Shown here: piece by piece, positions 1 to 9,916 of the stretch
Numbering within the stretch: the first letter of the stretch is position 1
How the letters are laid out: each line of letters starts with the position of its first letter
DNA from: Rhabdochlamydiaceae bacterium
Lineage (GTDB): Bacteria > Chlamydiota > Chlamydiia > Chlamydiales > Rhabdochlamydiaceae
NCBI GenBank assembly: GCA_049240945.1
Contig: JBMLRQ010000021.1
Span: 42,616-106,615 of the forward strand
Reading direction: 5' to 3'
DNA length: 64,000 nucleotides
Program-made: the position numbers and the translations under genes
The notes under the pieces: generated by a model
The model's input: the letters and a program-made list of their open reading frames with translations, nothing else
The model's database searches: none
Told to the model about the DNA's origin: nothing

Positions 1-247
1 TCCAGTGGTGCATCTCTCTCTAGATTATTTAAAAACGGTTAAATTTTCAGATGTTTTAATTGTCAAAACTTCCTTGAAAAGCTTCGAAGCGGTGAAGTTT
101 TATTTGGACTATCAGATCTTTAGAGAGCAAGAAGCCGTTTGTCGAGCCTACTCTAAGCATTGTTTTTTAAATAAAGCTTTTAAGCCGATCCCTATCCCAA
201 AGCTTATTCGCGCTCAGTTTGCTCTTTTAAAGGAAAATGAAGAATGA
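1..247 (+). CDS. C-terminal fragment of a hotdog-fold acyl-CoA thioesterase (YbgC/4HBT-like); the 5' end lies off the window
   Basis: Open frame runs to the left edge. The pattern ...VKFSDVLIVKTSL...FYLDYQIF...A..YSKHCFL...KPIPIP resembles the YbgC-type thioesterase C-terminus. The stop overlaps the next start (ATGA). Confidence 0.5.
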   Translation, partial: PVVHLSLDYLKTVKFSDVLIVKTSLKSFEAVKFYLDYQIFREQEAVCRAYSKHCFLNKAFKPIPIPKLIRAQFALLKENEE

Positions 248-1065
248 AACGAGTGATGATTCTGGGATTAGGTTACTTAGGTCAACATCTTGTTAAAAGA
301 TTAATGCCTCCTTATGAAGTGCTTTATGGCTCTACGACTTCTTCTGATAAATTAGTCGATCTCGCAAAACTTGGCTTGGTTCCATTTGTTTTTAAATCCA
401 CAGAAACATCTCTTTTACAAGATAAGTTGTTGCATACGGACGTTTTAATTGTTTGCGTCGCTCCTAAATCAAAAGATAAATACCAAGAAGCGTATTTAGA
501 TCTAGCTTGCGTACTAAGGGAGAAATTAAAGCAGATCTCTCATCCGCTTCAGGTTGTTTATATAAGCAGCACCTCTGTTTATGAAAACGCTAAAAGCACG
601 ACGGAAGACACAGAACTCCATCCCTTATCTGAAAACATAAACATACTAGTCCAAACGGAGAAAGTTTATGAAAGTTTGTCATCTGAATATGTCAGTGTAT
701 TGATTTTAAGGTTGGCAGGGCTTTACGGTATAGGCCGAGAAATTGAAAAGAGAGTTTTACTCTATGAAAAAGGATCTATACCGGGAGATCCTTACGCCTA
801 CACTAATCATATCCATGTGGAAGATGTTGTTAGAGCTGTACAGTTTTTATTAGAAAGAAAATCAGTGGGCCTATTTAATGTTGTGAATGATTCTCATCCC
901 ACCAGGCTCGATCTGTATACAAATATAGCCAAAAAGTTAGGTATAGCCTCTCTTGAGTGGCAACCAGCGCAAAAGACCATTCACGGTCAAGGGCGGATTG
1001 TTGTGAATGATAAAATAAAAGAAAAAGGCTTTATTTTTGAATACGATAATTTGGAGATTCTATGA
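244..1065 (+). CDS. NAD(P)-binding Rossmann-fold protein of the SDR / NAD-dependent epimerase-dehydratase family
   Basis: N-terminal MILGLGYLGQHL glycine-rich dinucleotide-binding motif. Length is 273 aa. It is stop-start coupled to both neighbours. Confidence 0.7.
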   Translation: MKRVMILGLGYLGQHLVKRLMPPYEVLYGSTTSSDKLVDLAKLGLVPFVFKSTETSLLQDKLLHTDVLIVCVAPKSKDKYQEAYLDLACVLREKLKQISHPLQVVYISSTSVYENAKSTTEDTELHPLSENINILVQTEKVYESLSSEYVSVLILRLAGLYGIGREIEKRVLLYEKGSIPGDPYAYTNHIHVEDVVRAVQFLLERKSVGLFNVVNDSHPTRLDLYTNIAKKLGIASLEWQPAQKTIHGQGRIVVNDKIKEKGFIFEYDNLEIL

Positions 1066-2450
1066 ATAAAATATATCATCGATCTTTATTTGTTTTTAGA
1101 AGGGATCTAAGATGGCAAGATAACATCGCTTTGATCCAAGCTTTGCAGAAGTCTTCAGAAGTTATCACTTGTTTTATTTTCACCCCCGAACAGATTGATA
1201 ACAACCCTTTCAGAGGAAATAAGTCTTTACAATTTCTTCTTGAGTCTTTGGAAGATCTGTATCATGCATTAAAGACAAAAGGGGGACATCTTTATTTTTT
1301 TTATGGAACGCCCCACGAAGTGATTTCCCAATGCGTCCAAAAATTGAAGATAGATGGTGTGTTTGTTAATAAAGATTATACCCCTTATTCTGTAAAAAGA
1401 GATCGATCGATCCAAGAGTGCCTAGATATAAAATCGATTCCTTTTGAAACATTTGATGATCTGATCTTGCATCCTTTACATTCAAGGCTTAAAGATGATG
1501 GCACCCCTTACACGGTTTTTACCCCTTTTTATAAAAAAGGTCTTTATCTCAATGTGCCAGCTGTCAATCTTTTGCTTGACCATCACTATTATGATAAACC
1601 GATAGAAGAAGATCTTGGTCTCGGTTTTTTACAAAAGATCCTTCCTCAGAAAGATCCTAATCCCAGATTAAAAGGAGGTCGATCGGAAGCTGAAAGACAG
1701 CTCAAAAAATCTATACAACTGAATGCTTACCAGGTAACGAGAGATTTTTTAGATCAAGCTGGATCTTCTTTGCTATCATCTTATTTGAAATATAATCTTT
1801 TGTCTGTCAGAGAAGTGTACCATACTTTTAAACAACATTTTGGGATCGATTGCGGCCTCATCAGGTCTTTATTTTGGCGAGATTTTTTTTATCAAATCGC
1901 TTTTTTTTTCCCTCATGTATTTGGGCAGCCTTTTCAAAAGAAATATCAAGGTATTGTTTGGTCGGAAAACCAAGAAAATTTTAATCGATGGTGTGAAGGT
2001 CGTACGGGTTTTCCTATTGTAGATGCGGGCATGAGAGAATTAAATGAAACAGGCTACATGCATAATCGAACGAGGATGATCGTCGCTTCTTTTTTAACGA
2101 AAGATCTTCACATCAATTGGCAGTGGGGTGAGAAGTACTTTGCTCAAAAATTGGTTGATTATGATCCTTGTTTAAACAACGGGAACTGGCAGTGGGTCGC
2201 TAGCACCGGTTGTGATGCTCAACCATATTTTAGAATTTTTAACCCTTGGATGCAGCAGAAAAAATTTGATCCTGAAACGTTTTATATTAAAAAATGGGTT
2301 AAGGAATTAGAGAACGTTCCTACGGAAATCATCCAAGATTGGGATAAAAAGAGCAGCTTTTTATTCGCCCCTCTTTACATGTCTCCGATGTTAGACCATG
2401 CAGTAGAATCTAAAGTAGCTGTAGAAAAATATAAAACAACGGTTTCATAG
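1062..2450 (+). CDS. phrB: Deoxyribodipyrimidine photolyase / cryptochrome family FAD protein
   Basis: N-terminal FVFRRDLRWQDNIAL. The C-terminal FAD-binding block reads TGFPIVDAGMRELNETGYMHNRTRMIVASFLTKDL...GNWQWVASTGCDAQPYFRIFNP. Confidence 0.9.
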   Translation: MNKIYHRSLFVFRRDLRWQDNIALIQALQKSSEVITCFIFTPEQIDNNPFRGNKSLQFLLESLEDLYHALKTKGGHLYFFYGTPHEVISQCVQKLKIDGVFVNKDYTPYSVKRDRSIQECLDIKSIPFETFDDLILHPLHSRLKDDGTPYTVFTPFYKKGLYLNVPAVNLLLDHHYYDKPIEEDLGLGFLQKILPQKDPNPRLKGGRSEAERQLKKSIQLNAYQVTRDFLDQAGSSLLSSYLKYNLLSVREVYHTFKQHFGIDCGLIRSLFWRDFFYQIAFFFPHVFGQPFQKKYQGIVWSENQENFNRWCEGRTGFPIVDAGMRELNETGYMHNRTRMIVASFLTKDLHINWQWGEKYFAQKLVDYDPCLNNGNWQWVASTGCDAQPYFRIFNPWMQQKKFDPETFYIKKWVKELENVPTEIIQDWDKKSSFLFAPLYMSPMLDHAVESKVAVEKYKTTVS

Positions 2451-2671
2451 CCATATAAATGGAGGAGTCGATTTCTTTTTTTTATTTTTCAGGGGATGTT
2501 CCAAAAAAGTTGACTTCTTTTTTTCTTTGGATTTTTTTCTCGCTTGTTGTTTTTTTCTTTGAATAGGGCTTTTAGTCATGGATTTTAACTGATGGTTCTC
2601 TTTAATGTTCAAAAAAGAAAATCTACCAAAAAAGAGGTAAATAATCCATCTTCTTATTTTAAGGATTGCGT

Positions 2672-3904
2672 ATGAAAAATATAAATAAGGGCTCTTGGTT
2701 CTTTTTCTTGGCCAATATCTTTGACCATTATGACACCTCTTTGTTTGGTTTTCTTATCCCTTTTTTAGCTCCTTTATTCTTTCCTTTTGGAGAGGATTTA
2801 AAGAGTTTAATCTTTATGTATTTATTCATACCTCTAGGCTTTTTTTCTCGTTTCTTAGGATCTTTTTTTTTAGGTAAGTTAGCGGATTCCTTAGGTTGTT
2901 TTTACATGTTAAGGATCTCTTTGATAGGCTTGGGTGCTGCAACTGTTTTAATGGGGTTCATCCCGATTTACGAAAAAATTGGTTTTTGGTCACCTTTATT
3001 AATGCTGATGTTGAGGTTGATTCAAACTTTTTTTGCTTCTTTGCAATCTATTCTAGGATCGATTTATATACTAAAAGATTCAAAAGAAAAACAACGAGGG
3101 TTGAGACTCTCTTTTTACGATATTTTGGGTATCACAGGAGCTTTATTCGCTTCTTTCTTAGTCAACTTGTTAGGACAAGATGATCTGATCAAAGCTTATT
3201 GGCGATATTTATTTTGGATAGGAGGCAGTCTTTGTTTTTTTGCTTATTTTTTTAAAACCAGTGTGAAGTCTTATATGTCTTCACAAGAAAACGAAAGTAG
3301 GACTTATACCATCCCTGATATGGTTAAAGAGTTTCCTGTTTTATTACAAATCTTTTTGTGCAGTGGTTTTAGCTACGCTTGCTATTATATTTCCTTCCAC
3401 TTTATGAATGTGTACATCCCTCAGGTCACTAATCACACACTTTCATCTATGATGGATATGAATAGTTGGCTTCTTTTTTGCGATATTATTTTCTTGCTTT
3501 TGGCCGGATTGGTGACAAAGTATTTTGATGCTCAAAAAATGATGAAAACAGTTCTCATTTGCAGCTTCTCTTTATTGCCAATACTAAACAGTTTTGTGGT
3601 TAATAGCTCTTTTGTTTATGTGTTTAGTTATCGATTGTTTATCGTGGGATTGGGTGTTTTTTTTACTGTTCCTTATTGTTTATGGCGTTTGAAACATTTG
3701 CCTTCCTCTTATAAGTACACAGCGGTGGGGATAGCAACGGTTCTTGGCTCTCAGCTATTGGGATCTAGCTCTTCTTTTTTTTGCTTATTTTTGTTTAAAC
3801 TTTCAATTAAGAAAATAGGGCCTCTTTTTTATCTATCGATTTTAGGTTTTACTAATTATATCTTCTTGATAAGGCTCAACCGAAATAGTTCTCCTTTCTC
3901 ATAA
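2672..3904 (+). CDS. MFS transporter (metabolite:H+ symporter-like)
   Basis: About 12 hydrophobic segments. The loop LGKLADSLG...RLIQ...QRG is typical of the MFS 2-3 and 4-5 regions. ATG at 2672 lies 6 nt after AAGGA and is preferred over the TTG at 2666. Confidence 0.75.
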   Translation: MKNINKGSWFFFLANIFDHYDTSLFGFLIPFLAPLFFPFGEDLKSLIFMYLFIPLGFFSRFLGSFFLGKLADSLGCFYMLRISLIGLGAATVLMGFIPIYEKIGFWSPLLMLMLRLIQTFFASLQSILGSIYILKDSKEKQRGLRLSFYDILGITGALFASFLVNLLGQDDLIKAYWRYLFWIGGSLCFFAYFFKTSVKSYMSSQENESRTYTIPDMVKEFPVLLQIFLCSGFSYACYYISFHFMNVYIPQVTNHTLSSMMDMNSWLLFCDIIFLLLAGLVTKYFDAQKMMKTVLICSFSLLPILNSFVVNSSFVYVFSYRLFIVGLGVFFTVPYCLWRLKHLPSSYKYTAVGIATVLGSQLLGSSSSFFCLFLFKLSIKKIGPLFYLSILGFTNYIFLIRLNRNSSPFS

Positions 3905-3964
3905 AAAATAACGAATCTGATTGAAGAAGAATGTTGTTCATTAAGCGCTTTGAAGAACATGAAC

Positions 3965-4495
3965 TTAAAACAGCAAACACTTGATCTGATCAATGTAGTA
4001 ACCGATGGCTAAAAACAGCGTGACCCATAATAAGCCTCCCGAATAAGCAAACAAACAAAAGATACGATACTTTAATTTTGTCGCTCCAGTTAAAAGGCCT
4101 GTGAAATGCCTGACACCCGGTATGAAATATCCTATAGATAAAGCGTAAGGACCAAATCGGTCTATCCATTTTTTGGTTTTTTCTAAAGATTTTTCTTTCA
4201 GTCTAAACTTGCCTAGCTTAGCAGACATCAACAGCTGTATACCGTATTTACCTATTAGGTAGCTTGAAGTGATTCCACAAAAACTCCCTAAAATAGCTGC
4301 ACAAAAAGTTTTTTCTAGATTGAGATGCCCTTGTTTAATCAACATTCCACAGAAAACAAGAAGAGTTTCTTCCGGAACAGGTAAAGCCAAGATACCAAGA
4401 AATAAGAGAAAAAACAGGGCTAAGCTTCCATAGGAAAGGAGCCAAACATGTAAAGAGGGATACTGTGCTATAAAATCCATAAATATATCCTGCAT
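3965..4495 (-). CDS. DedA family inner-membrane protein
   Basis: LPVPEETLLVFCG and DRFGPYALSIGYFIPGVRHFTGLLTG match DedA signature regions. Size is 176 aa. Confidence 0.8.
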   Translation of the reverse strand: MQDIFMDFIAQYPSLHVWLLSYGSLALFFLLFLGILALPVPEETLLVFCGMLIKQGHLNLEKTFCAAILGSFCGITSSYLIGKYGIQLLMSAKLGKFRLKEKSLEKTKKWIDRFGPYALSIGYFIPGVRHFTGLLTGATKLKYRIFCLFAYSGGLLWVTLFLAIGYYIDQIKCLLF

Positions 4496-4545
4496 GTTTC
4501 AAAGCTTTTTAACAAGGTATAAGCTCTCTAGATGATAAAAGCTAT

Positions 4546-7071
4546 TTAATCCTTTAGTTTTTTTGCTCTTCCTTCCAAAAATAGTAAAGAGAGATGAGGA
4601 TGATTTTTTTTTGATATACGTGATATTAAATCATCGGATGGGGATAATTTCAAAATCTCGATATGAACGATGAAAGGTGAATCCAAAAGAGGCTTTGGAA
4701 AAGGGATCGGTTGAGGATTGATAACCTCAAATCGAATCAGATGAGGTAGGAAAGATAAATAGTTAAGATTCTCATAAAAATGAGGGGGCATCCATTTCAT
4801 CACAAGGGATTTTAAAAAGAGATGGGGAGTGGAAGGGGGCGAGATCTCTTCATCAGATGAGATAAGATTGATCAAGGAGAGTTTTTCTAATTTTGGAGTA
4901 TCGATCAATAAACGATGGAGCCCTTTTTCAAGACATAAACAGTCCTCTATTTTTAATGCACTCAAAGAAGTGCAAACAGGGTGGTTGAAATCAATTTCTT
5001 TCAGATGCTGGCATCCCACTAAGTTCAATTCCCAAGGGAAATCTTTCTTAAAAGGGGAGTGATTTAACAAAGATTGAAATTGGACTTCATCGATATCTAC
5101 CTCTGAGAGTTCTATTTGATTTAGAAACATCTGGGAACTAGAAGAGGAGGATTTTTCTTTGACATTTTGCTTTATTATCCTTAGCTCCTTTAGGGAGCTT
5201 AGATTGGCAAGAAAAGTATAAAAAGAGGGAGCCAATAGAAGGTTTTTAGACGATTGTTCGATAGAAAATGTTAATACAGAAGGATAATGGGCTCCTTTTA
5301 AATTTGGCAAAAAAGGTGTTTGATGATCGAATATATTTAGATTCAAAAAAGAAAAAGAACACGATCGCAGGCTCATCAAAGGATAGATCTTATAAAAAAT
5401 TGATAAAGGATTTTCATCCGCAAGTAAAGAAAGATTTTCCTTTGGGTCTATTTCAGAAGAGGTTGAGTTGCTATTTATTTGAATAGCTAAACGATAGTCT
5501 TTTTGTTCGCTGGCATGGAGATAAGGGGCAACAAAATGATATGTCTGGGCACAATAATTTCGTTTCATCTCTTTAGACGCCGCCAAACTGGTTTTTTGAC
5601 GATACTTTCTATCAGGAATCAAACTAAGAACTTCTTCTTTTAGCTTTTGATCCCTGTAAAATAATTTTAATCTTTTTAGTCTACGTAGGGATCCAATAGC
5701 TTGAAGGAGTGTTTTGTCAGCCCAATCTAATTTGATACACCTTCTTAAATTGACGTTTGAAAGGAAGGGGTGGCTTTTAATATATTCGATAAAATCAGTT
5801 TGCTCAAGCTCGTAAGGGTGGAGTGGTGTGAACGTGTCGATCAAATGAATAAAGTCTGATTTAGAGGGGATCTCTTCGTTTTCTGTAGGCTTAGGAAAGG
5901 GATAGTTATGAGATAATCTTTTGATCTGGTTGTCCAAGATTTTTAAAATAGACAGGGGCTCTTCAGTGATTTTCTTAAATATCATTTCTAAAGATGAAGA
6001 GGCTTTCTGTGATATGGAGAAAAAAGCCTTAATTTTCTGTCTATCATTCAAGAGGCTTTTCTTTTGTTGGTAGATTTTTCCATCAAGGTAGGGTAACGAT
6101 TTTTCAAAATCTTTATTCAAAAGTTCTATGTAAATGGCTCTTTTTAACTTCTGAGTGGCTTGATTGTTTTGCACAAGATCAGCTAACAATGAAAAAGTTT
6201 GACTGTTCCGCTTTAGACAAAAAGAGGCACATTCAAGGAGTTTATTTTCTTGAAGTCTTTGTAAAGAGACTTCTTTTTTTAAGGAACACAGCTTTTTTTC
6301 TAAGCTAAAAACTTTTTTATCTATCCATGCGATTTTTTGGATATCGGGAAGGATTTTTTTTAGCTTGTCCCTTTCGAATCGGATCTTTTTTATGAGGCAA
6401 TCTATTTTATCAATGACAGGTAGATCGTGAGCTAAATGGGAAGAGGGTCTGAACTGATTATTTAACACTATGATTTCAGCTACTTTTTTTTGGTAAAAAT
6501 GCACAAAAAAAGGAGTGACGAGAATTGTTTTTCTAATCGCTTTTAAGGATTGAGAGGGAAGGATTTCTTCTTTATTTTCAATTAAAAAATGAGCGGCTTT
6601 TTGCAGCTTTGTGACTTGTTTTTCAAGAAAATTATGGATGAAAAGCAAGTCTTTCTTGACGAGATTGGGAAAAAAATCAAGAGAAGAAAAGTCAATAGGA
6701 CTGTCAAGTTCCATCTGTTGAGAAGCTAAACTAAAAAGATCTTTTTCCAATCTAAGGAGATCGGATGAAAAAGCTGTATTTGTTTGAGTCGCTTTTTTTA
6801 TCAATCTTTGCAATATACAAGAGGGCCAGTAAGAGGTTTTTGTCTCACTTAGGTAGCTTTTAGCTTGCTGGATGTGAATAAAGGTTTGGATGAGCCATGT
6901 TAAGTGTATCATTCTGTTTTTTAATGAGTTAGGTTTTGTGGAGGGAGTGTTGGGGATTTTAAACAAAGTGATAAGAGCCAAATCCTCTTGTTTTGAAGAA
7001 AAAAGACCGATTTTATTGTTATTAAAAAAAACAGTTTTAGGATTGTTAGTAGTGGTGATAGGATAAGACAT
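4546..7071 (-). CDS. Large hypothetical protein with a helical, K/L-rich N-terminal two thirds and C-terminal cysteine-containing (RNI/FBXL-type) leucine-rich repeats; candidate host-interaction protein
   Basis: Uninterrupted 841-aa ORF. LRR units include NVNLRRCIKLDWADKTLLQAIGSLRRLKRLKL, LNLVGCQHLKEIDF and LKIEDCLCLEKGLHRLLIDTPKLEKLSLINL. No enzyme motif was recognised. Confidence 0.65.
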   Translation of the reverse strand: MSYPITTTNNPKTVFFNNNKIGLFSSKQEDLALITLFKIPNTPSTKPNSLKNRMIHLTWLIQTFIHIQQAKSYLSETKTSYWPSCILQRLIKKATQTNTAFSSDLLRLEKDLFSLASQQMELDSPIDFSSLDFFPNLVKKDLLFIHNFLEKQVTKLQKAAHFLIENKEEILPSQSLKAIRKTILVTPFFVHFYQKKVAEIIVLNNQFRPSSHLAHDLPVIDKIDCLIKKIRFERDKLKKILPDIQKIAWIDKKVFSLEKKLCSLKKEVSLQRLQENKLLECASFCLKRNSQTFSLLADLVQNNQATQKLKRAIYIELLNKDFEKSLPYLDGKIYQQKKSLLNDRQKIKAFFSISQKASSSLEMIFKKITEEPLSILKILDNQIKRLSHNYPFPKPTENEEIPSKSDFIHLIDTFTPLHPYELEQTDFIEYIKSHPFLSNVNLRRCIKLDWADKTLLQAIGSLRRLKRLKLFYRDQKLKEEVLSLIPDRKYRQKTSLAASKEMKRNYCAQTYHFVAPYLHASEQKDYRLAIQINSNSTSSEIDPKENLSLLADENPLSIFYKIYPLMSLRSCSFSFLNLNIFDHQTPFLPNLKGAHYPSVLTFSIEQSSKNLLLAPSFYTFLANLSSLKELRIIKQNVKEKSSSSSSQMFLNQIELSEVDIDEVQFQSLLNHSPFKKDFPWELNLVGCQHLKEIDFNHPVCTSLSALKIEDCLCLEKGLHRLLIDTPKLEKLSLINLISSDEEISPPSTPHLFLKSLVMKWMPPHFYENLNYLSFLPHLIRFEVINPQPIPFPKPLLDSPFIVHIEILKLSPSDDLISRISKKNHPHLSLLFLEGRAKKLKD

Positions 7072-7075
7072 AAGT

Positions 7076-8029
7076 TTATTGATCTGTTTTTAAATGGCAG
7101 GCCACTTCATGATGTGGGTTAATCGGTAAAAGTATAGGTGATTTTTCCCGACATTTCGGTACACTAAAAGGACAGATATCAGCAAAACAACATCCTTTGG
7201 CTTTGAGCACAGAGACATTATTGTTTCTTAGGACAACTTTTGGATATTTGCCCTCTTCTTTCCTAAAACAATAAGATGATAAAAGAGATTGTGTATAAGG
7301 ATGGGAAGGATTGGTATAAAGCTCTTCAGCTGGGGCTATTTCTACGATACGACCCAAATACATAACAGCTACTTGTGTGGATAGATATTTAACAAGTGTT
7401 AAATCGTGAGAGATAAAAAGGTAAGTGAGCTCCATCTCTTGTTGGAGTTTTTTTAATAAATTGATGATTTGAGCTTGGATTGATACGTCTAAAGAAGAAG
7501 TGGGCTCATCTAATATAAGAAATTCAGGATCTACAGTTAAGGCTCTTGCGATACCAACTCTTTGTCTTTGTCCCCCACTTAGTTCGTGAGGAAAGCGTGA
7601 TCCAAAATGTAAAGGCAATCCCACAAGCTCCATTGTTTCAAAAACTTTTTGAACTTTTTCTCTTTGATCTCCTAATTTGTGAATATCTAGTGGTTCTTGA
7701 ATGATATCTCGAATGGTCATTTTAGGGTCTAAAGAAGAGTAGACATCTTGGAAAATAATTTGTGTTTTTTGAGCCCAAGTTTTTTCATCTTCCGATGAAA
7801 AACACTTGATATCTTTGTTTTTGTATAGAATCGATCCCGAAGTAGGTTTTTCAAGACGAGACAAAATCCTGCCTAAAGTGGACTTGCCACTGCCACTTTC
7901 TCCAACTAAACCTAATGTATCTCCTTTTTTTATTTTTAAATGAATATCTTTGAGAACATGAAGAGGTTCTTTTTGCCGCTGATAGGACTTATTTAAAGCC
8001 TGAACACAAATCAAGTCGTTTTCATTCAT
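7076..8029 (-). CDS. oppF: Oligopeptide/dipeptide ABC transporter ATP-binding protein
   Basis: Walker A GESGSGKST, signature LSGGQRQR, Walker B LILDEPTS, and a C-terminal oligopeptide-type Cys-rich tail. ATG at 8029 follows AAGGAG and overlaps the oppD stop. The longer 8119 start would run inside oppD. Confidence 0.85.
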   Translation of the reverse strand: MNENDLICVQALNKSYQRQKEPLHVLKDIHLKIKKGDTLGLVGESGSGKSTLGRILSRLEKPTSGSILYKNKDIKCFSSEDEKTWAQKTQIIFQDVYSSLDPKMTIRDIIQEPLDIHKLGDQREKVQKVFETMELVGLPLHFGSRFPHELSGGQRQRVGIARALTVDPEFLILDEPTSSLDVSIQAQIINLLKKLQQEMELTYLFISHDLTLVKYLSTQVAVMYLGRIVEIAPAEELYTNPSHPYTQSLLSSYCFRKEEGKYPKVVLRNNNVSVLKAKGCCFADICPFSVPKCREKSPILLPINPHHEVACHLKTDQ

Positions 8030-9020
8030 GAAGACTCCTTTGACAACGAGGATCATAAAGCCAGCAAGCGCATAAATGTTCGCTAGAACGTACAAACAAA
8101 GGAGGAGCAGCGTTGGCACAAATATTCATAGCAAAAGGACAGCGGTCGCAAAAGCTGCACCCAAATATTGGTCTTGATAGATCTGGAGGATGCCCTTCTA
8201 TGGTGATAAGAGGAAGGTGACGAGGTGTATCCATTTTTGGAGTTGCTTGTAACAACTTTTGGGTATAGGGATGTGAAGGGTTAGAAAAAATTTTTTCGAC
8301 AGATCCCTTTTCAAAGATTTTACCTGCATACATAACAATAACATCCTCACAAAAATGAGACACTAAATTTAAATCATGAGTGATTAGCAATAGGCTCATA
8401 TTTAATTTGTTTTGTAACGATTTTAGAAGTTGCAAAATTTGTATTTGTAAGCTGGCGTCCAATCCTGTGGTTGGTTCATCTGCAATAAGGAGTTCGGGAT
8501 CACAAGCAAGAGCTATGGCAATTAACACTCTTTGTCTCATTCCTCCACTTAAAACATGTGGATAAGCTTTTAAACATTCAATAGGGTCCACAATGCCCAC
8601 TAAGTGCAGCAAATCCAAAGCCTTTTCTCTTGCTTGTTTGAACCGACACCGATTGTGTTGAGTGTAAGCTTCCATGAGTTGATATCCAACTGTCAAGGAA
8701 GGATTGAGGCATGATAGAGGCTCTTGGAAAACAAATCCGATCTTTTTTCCCCGAATTTGACGCCATTCTTTTTCTGTGTTTAAAAGAAGGTTTTTGCCTT
8801 TGTAAAAGACTTCTCCTTTGCAGCTTATTGATTGTTTAGGAAACAAATTGAGTAATGACTTAGCCAGTGTGCTTTTACCACTACCTGATTCTCCCACAAT
8901 CGCAATAGAAGAAGCTTTAGGTATGTCGAAGGAGATACCTCGAACCGCTTCGATTGGATGATTCCTATTTCGAAAAGATACAGAAAGTTCTCGAATTTGT
9001 ATCAAAGCTTCTTTTTTCAT
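8022..9020 (-). CDS. oppD: Oligopeptide/dipeptide ABC transporter ATP-binding protein
   Basis: Walker A GESGSGKST, signature LSGGMRQR, Walker B LIADEPTT. Cys-rich C-terminal extension. Confidence 0.9.
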   Translation of the reverse strand: MKKEALIQIRELSVSFRNRNHPIEAVRGISFDIPKASSIAIVGESGSGKSTLAKSLLNLFPKQSISCKGEVFYKGKNLLLNTEKEWRQIRGKKIGFVFQEPLSCLNPSLTVGYQLMEAYTQHNRCRFKQAREKALDLLHLVGIVDPIECLKAYPHVLSGGMRQRVLIAIALACDPELLIADEPTTGLDASLQIQILQLLKSLQNKLNMSLLLITHDLNLVSHFCEDVIVMYAGKIFEKGSVEKIFSNPSHPYTQKLLQATPKMDTPRHLPLITIEGHPPDLSRPIFGCSFCDRCPFAMNICANAAPPLFVRSSEHLCACWLYDPRCQRSLHE

Positions 9021-9916
9021 ATTTGGTTCCTAGTCTCTAAAGCATCTCTAAGAGCGTCTCCGATGAGATTAAAACAGAGCATTGTTATGCTGATAAAAGA
9101 AGCGGGAAAAAAAAGACGCCAAGGATAATATCTTAAAGCCGATAGCCCGTCGTGAGCCATCGTTCCCCAGCTAGCCATGGGGGCTTGTACACCCAAACCT
9201 AAGAAACTTAAAAATGCTTCAGCGAAGATAGCTGAGGGGATACTTAAGGTCAAAGTGACGATGATCGAAGGCAAAATATTAGGGATCACGTGTTTCATCA
9301 GAATCCAGTAAAAAGAAGCTTTATTGGCTAACGCCACTTTTACATATTCTTTTTCTTTGATCTGTAACACTTGAGCTCTCACCATCCTGGCCATATTAAC
9401 CCAGCCCGTGAGACTAAGAGCCAAGATGATCGATAGTAAACCTGGGCCCACAACAACGATGAGTAGAATCACGACAAGTAGATAAGGGATGCTATTCAAG
9501 ATATCTATGGATCTCATCATGAACTGATCAAGTTTACCTCCTTTGAAGCCACTAATAGCTCCATAGAAAACACCTATGATTAAGTCTATAAAAGAGGCCG
9601 TTAGACCAACGAATAAAGAAATTCTAGCTCCTGCCCATATTCTTGCAAAAATATCACGTCCCAGTTCGTCCGTACCAAAAAGAAAGAGGGAAGAAGGAGG
9701 CTGATTTTTTAAAGATAGCACAGTTTCATAGTAATTATGCTTACAAAAAATCGGAGCTAACCAAGAACCAAGTAACAAGAGAGAGAGAAACAAGAGGCCT
9801 CCCCAGCCAAAGGGGGTTAGTTTGAATTTGTAAGAACGGTGATAAGATGAGAAAAAAGCCTCTTTTGAACGTTTGCTTTTTTTATTCAGAGGACTAAAAA
9901 GATGATCATTCAACAT
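9017..9916 (-). CDS. oppC: Oligopeptide ABC transporter permease
   Basis: Six-TM BPD-type permease. N-terminal LFGTDELGRDIFAR motif. EAA-like loop YVKVALANKAS. Confidence 0.9.
   Translation of the reverse strand: MLNDHLFSPLNKKSKRSKEAFFSSYHRSYKFKLTPFGWGGLLFLSLLLLGSWLAPIFCKHNYYETVLSLKNQPPSSLFLFGTDELGRDIFARIWAGARISLFVGLTASFIDLIIGVFYGAISGFKGGKLDQFMMRSIDILNSIPYLLVVILLIVVVGPGLLSIILALSLTGWVNMARMVRAQVLQIKEKEYVKVALANKASFYWILMKHVIPNILPSIIVTLTLSIPSAIFAEAFLSFLGLGVQAPMASWGTMAHDGLSALRYYPWRLFFPASFISITMLCFNLIGDALRDALETRNQI

Noticed and set aside
8030-8119. Longer N-terminal extension of oppF (start at 8119, hydrophobic MPTLLLLCLYVL...)
   Set aside because: The extension lies entirely inside the 3' end of oppD in another frame. 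An ATG at 8029 with an AAGGAG SD gives the canonical ABC ATPase N-terminus.
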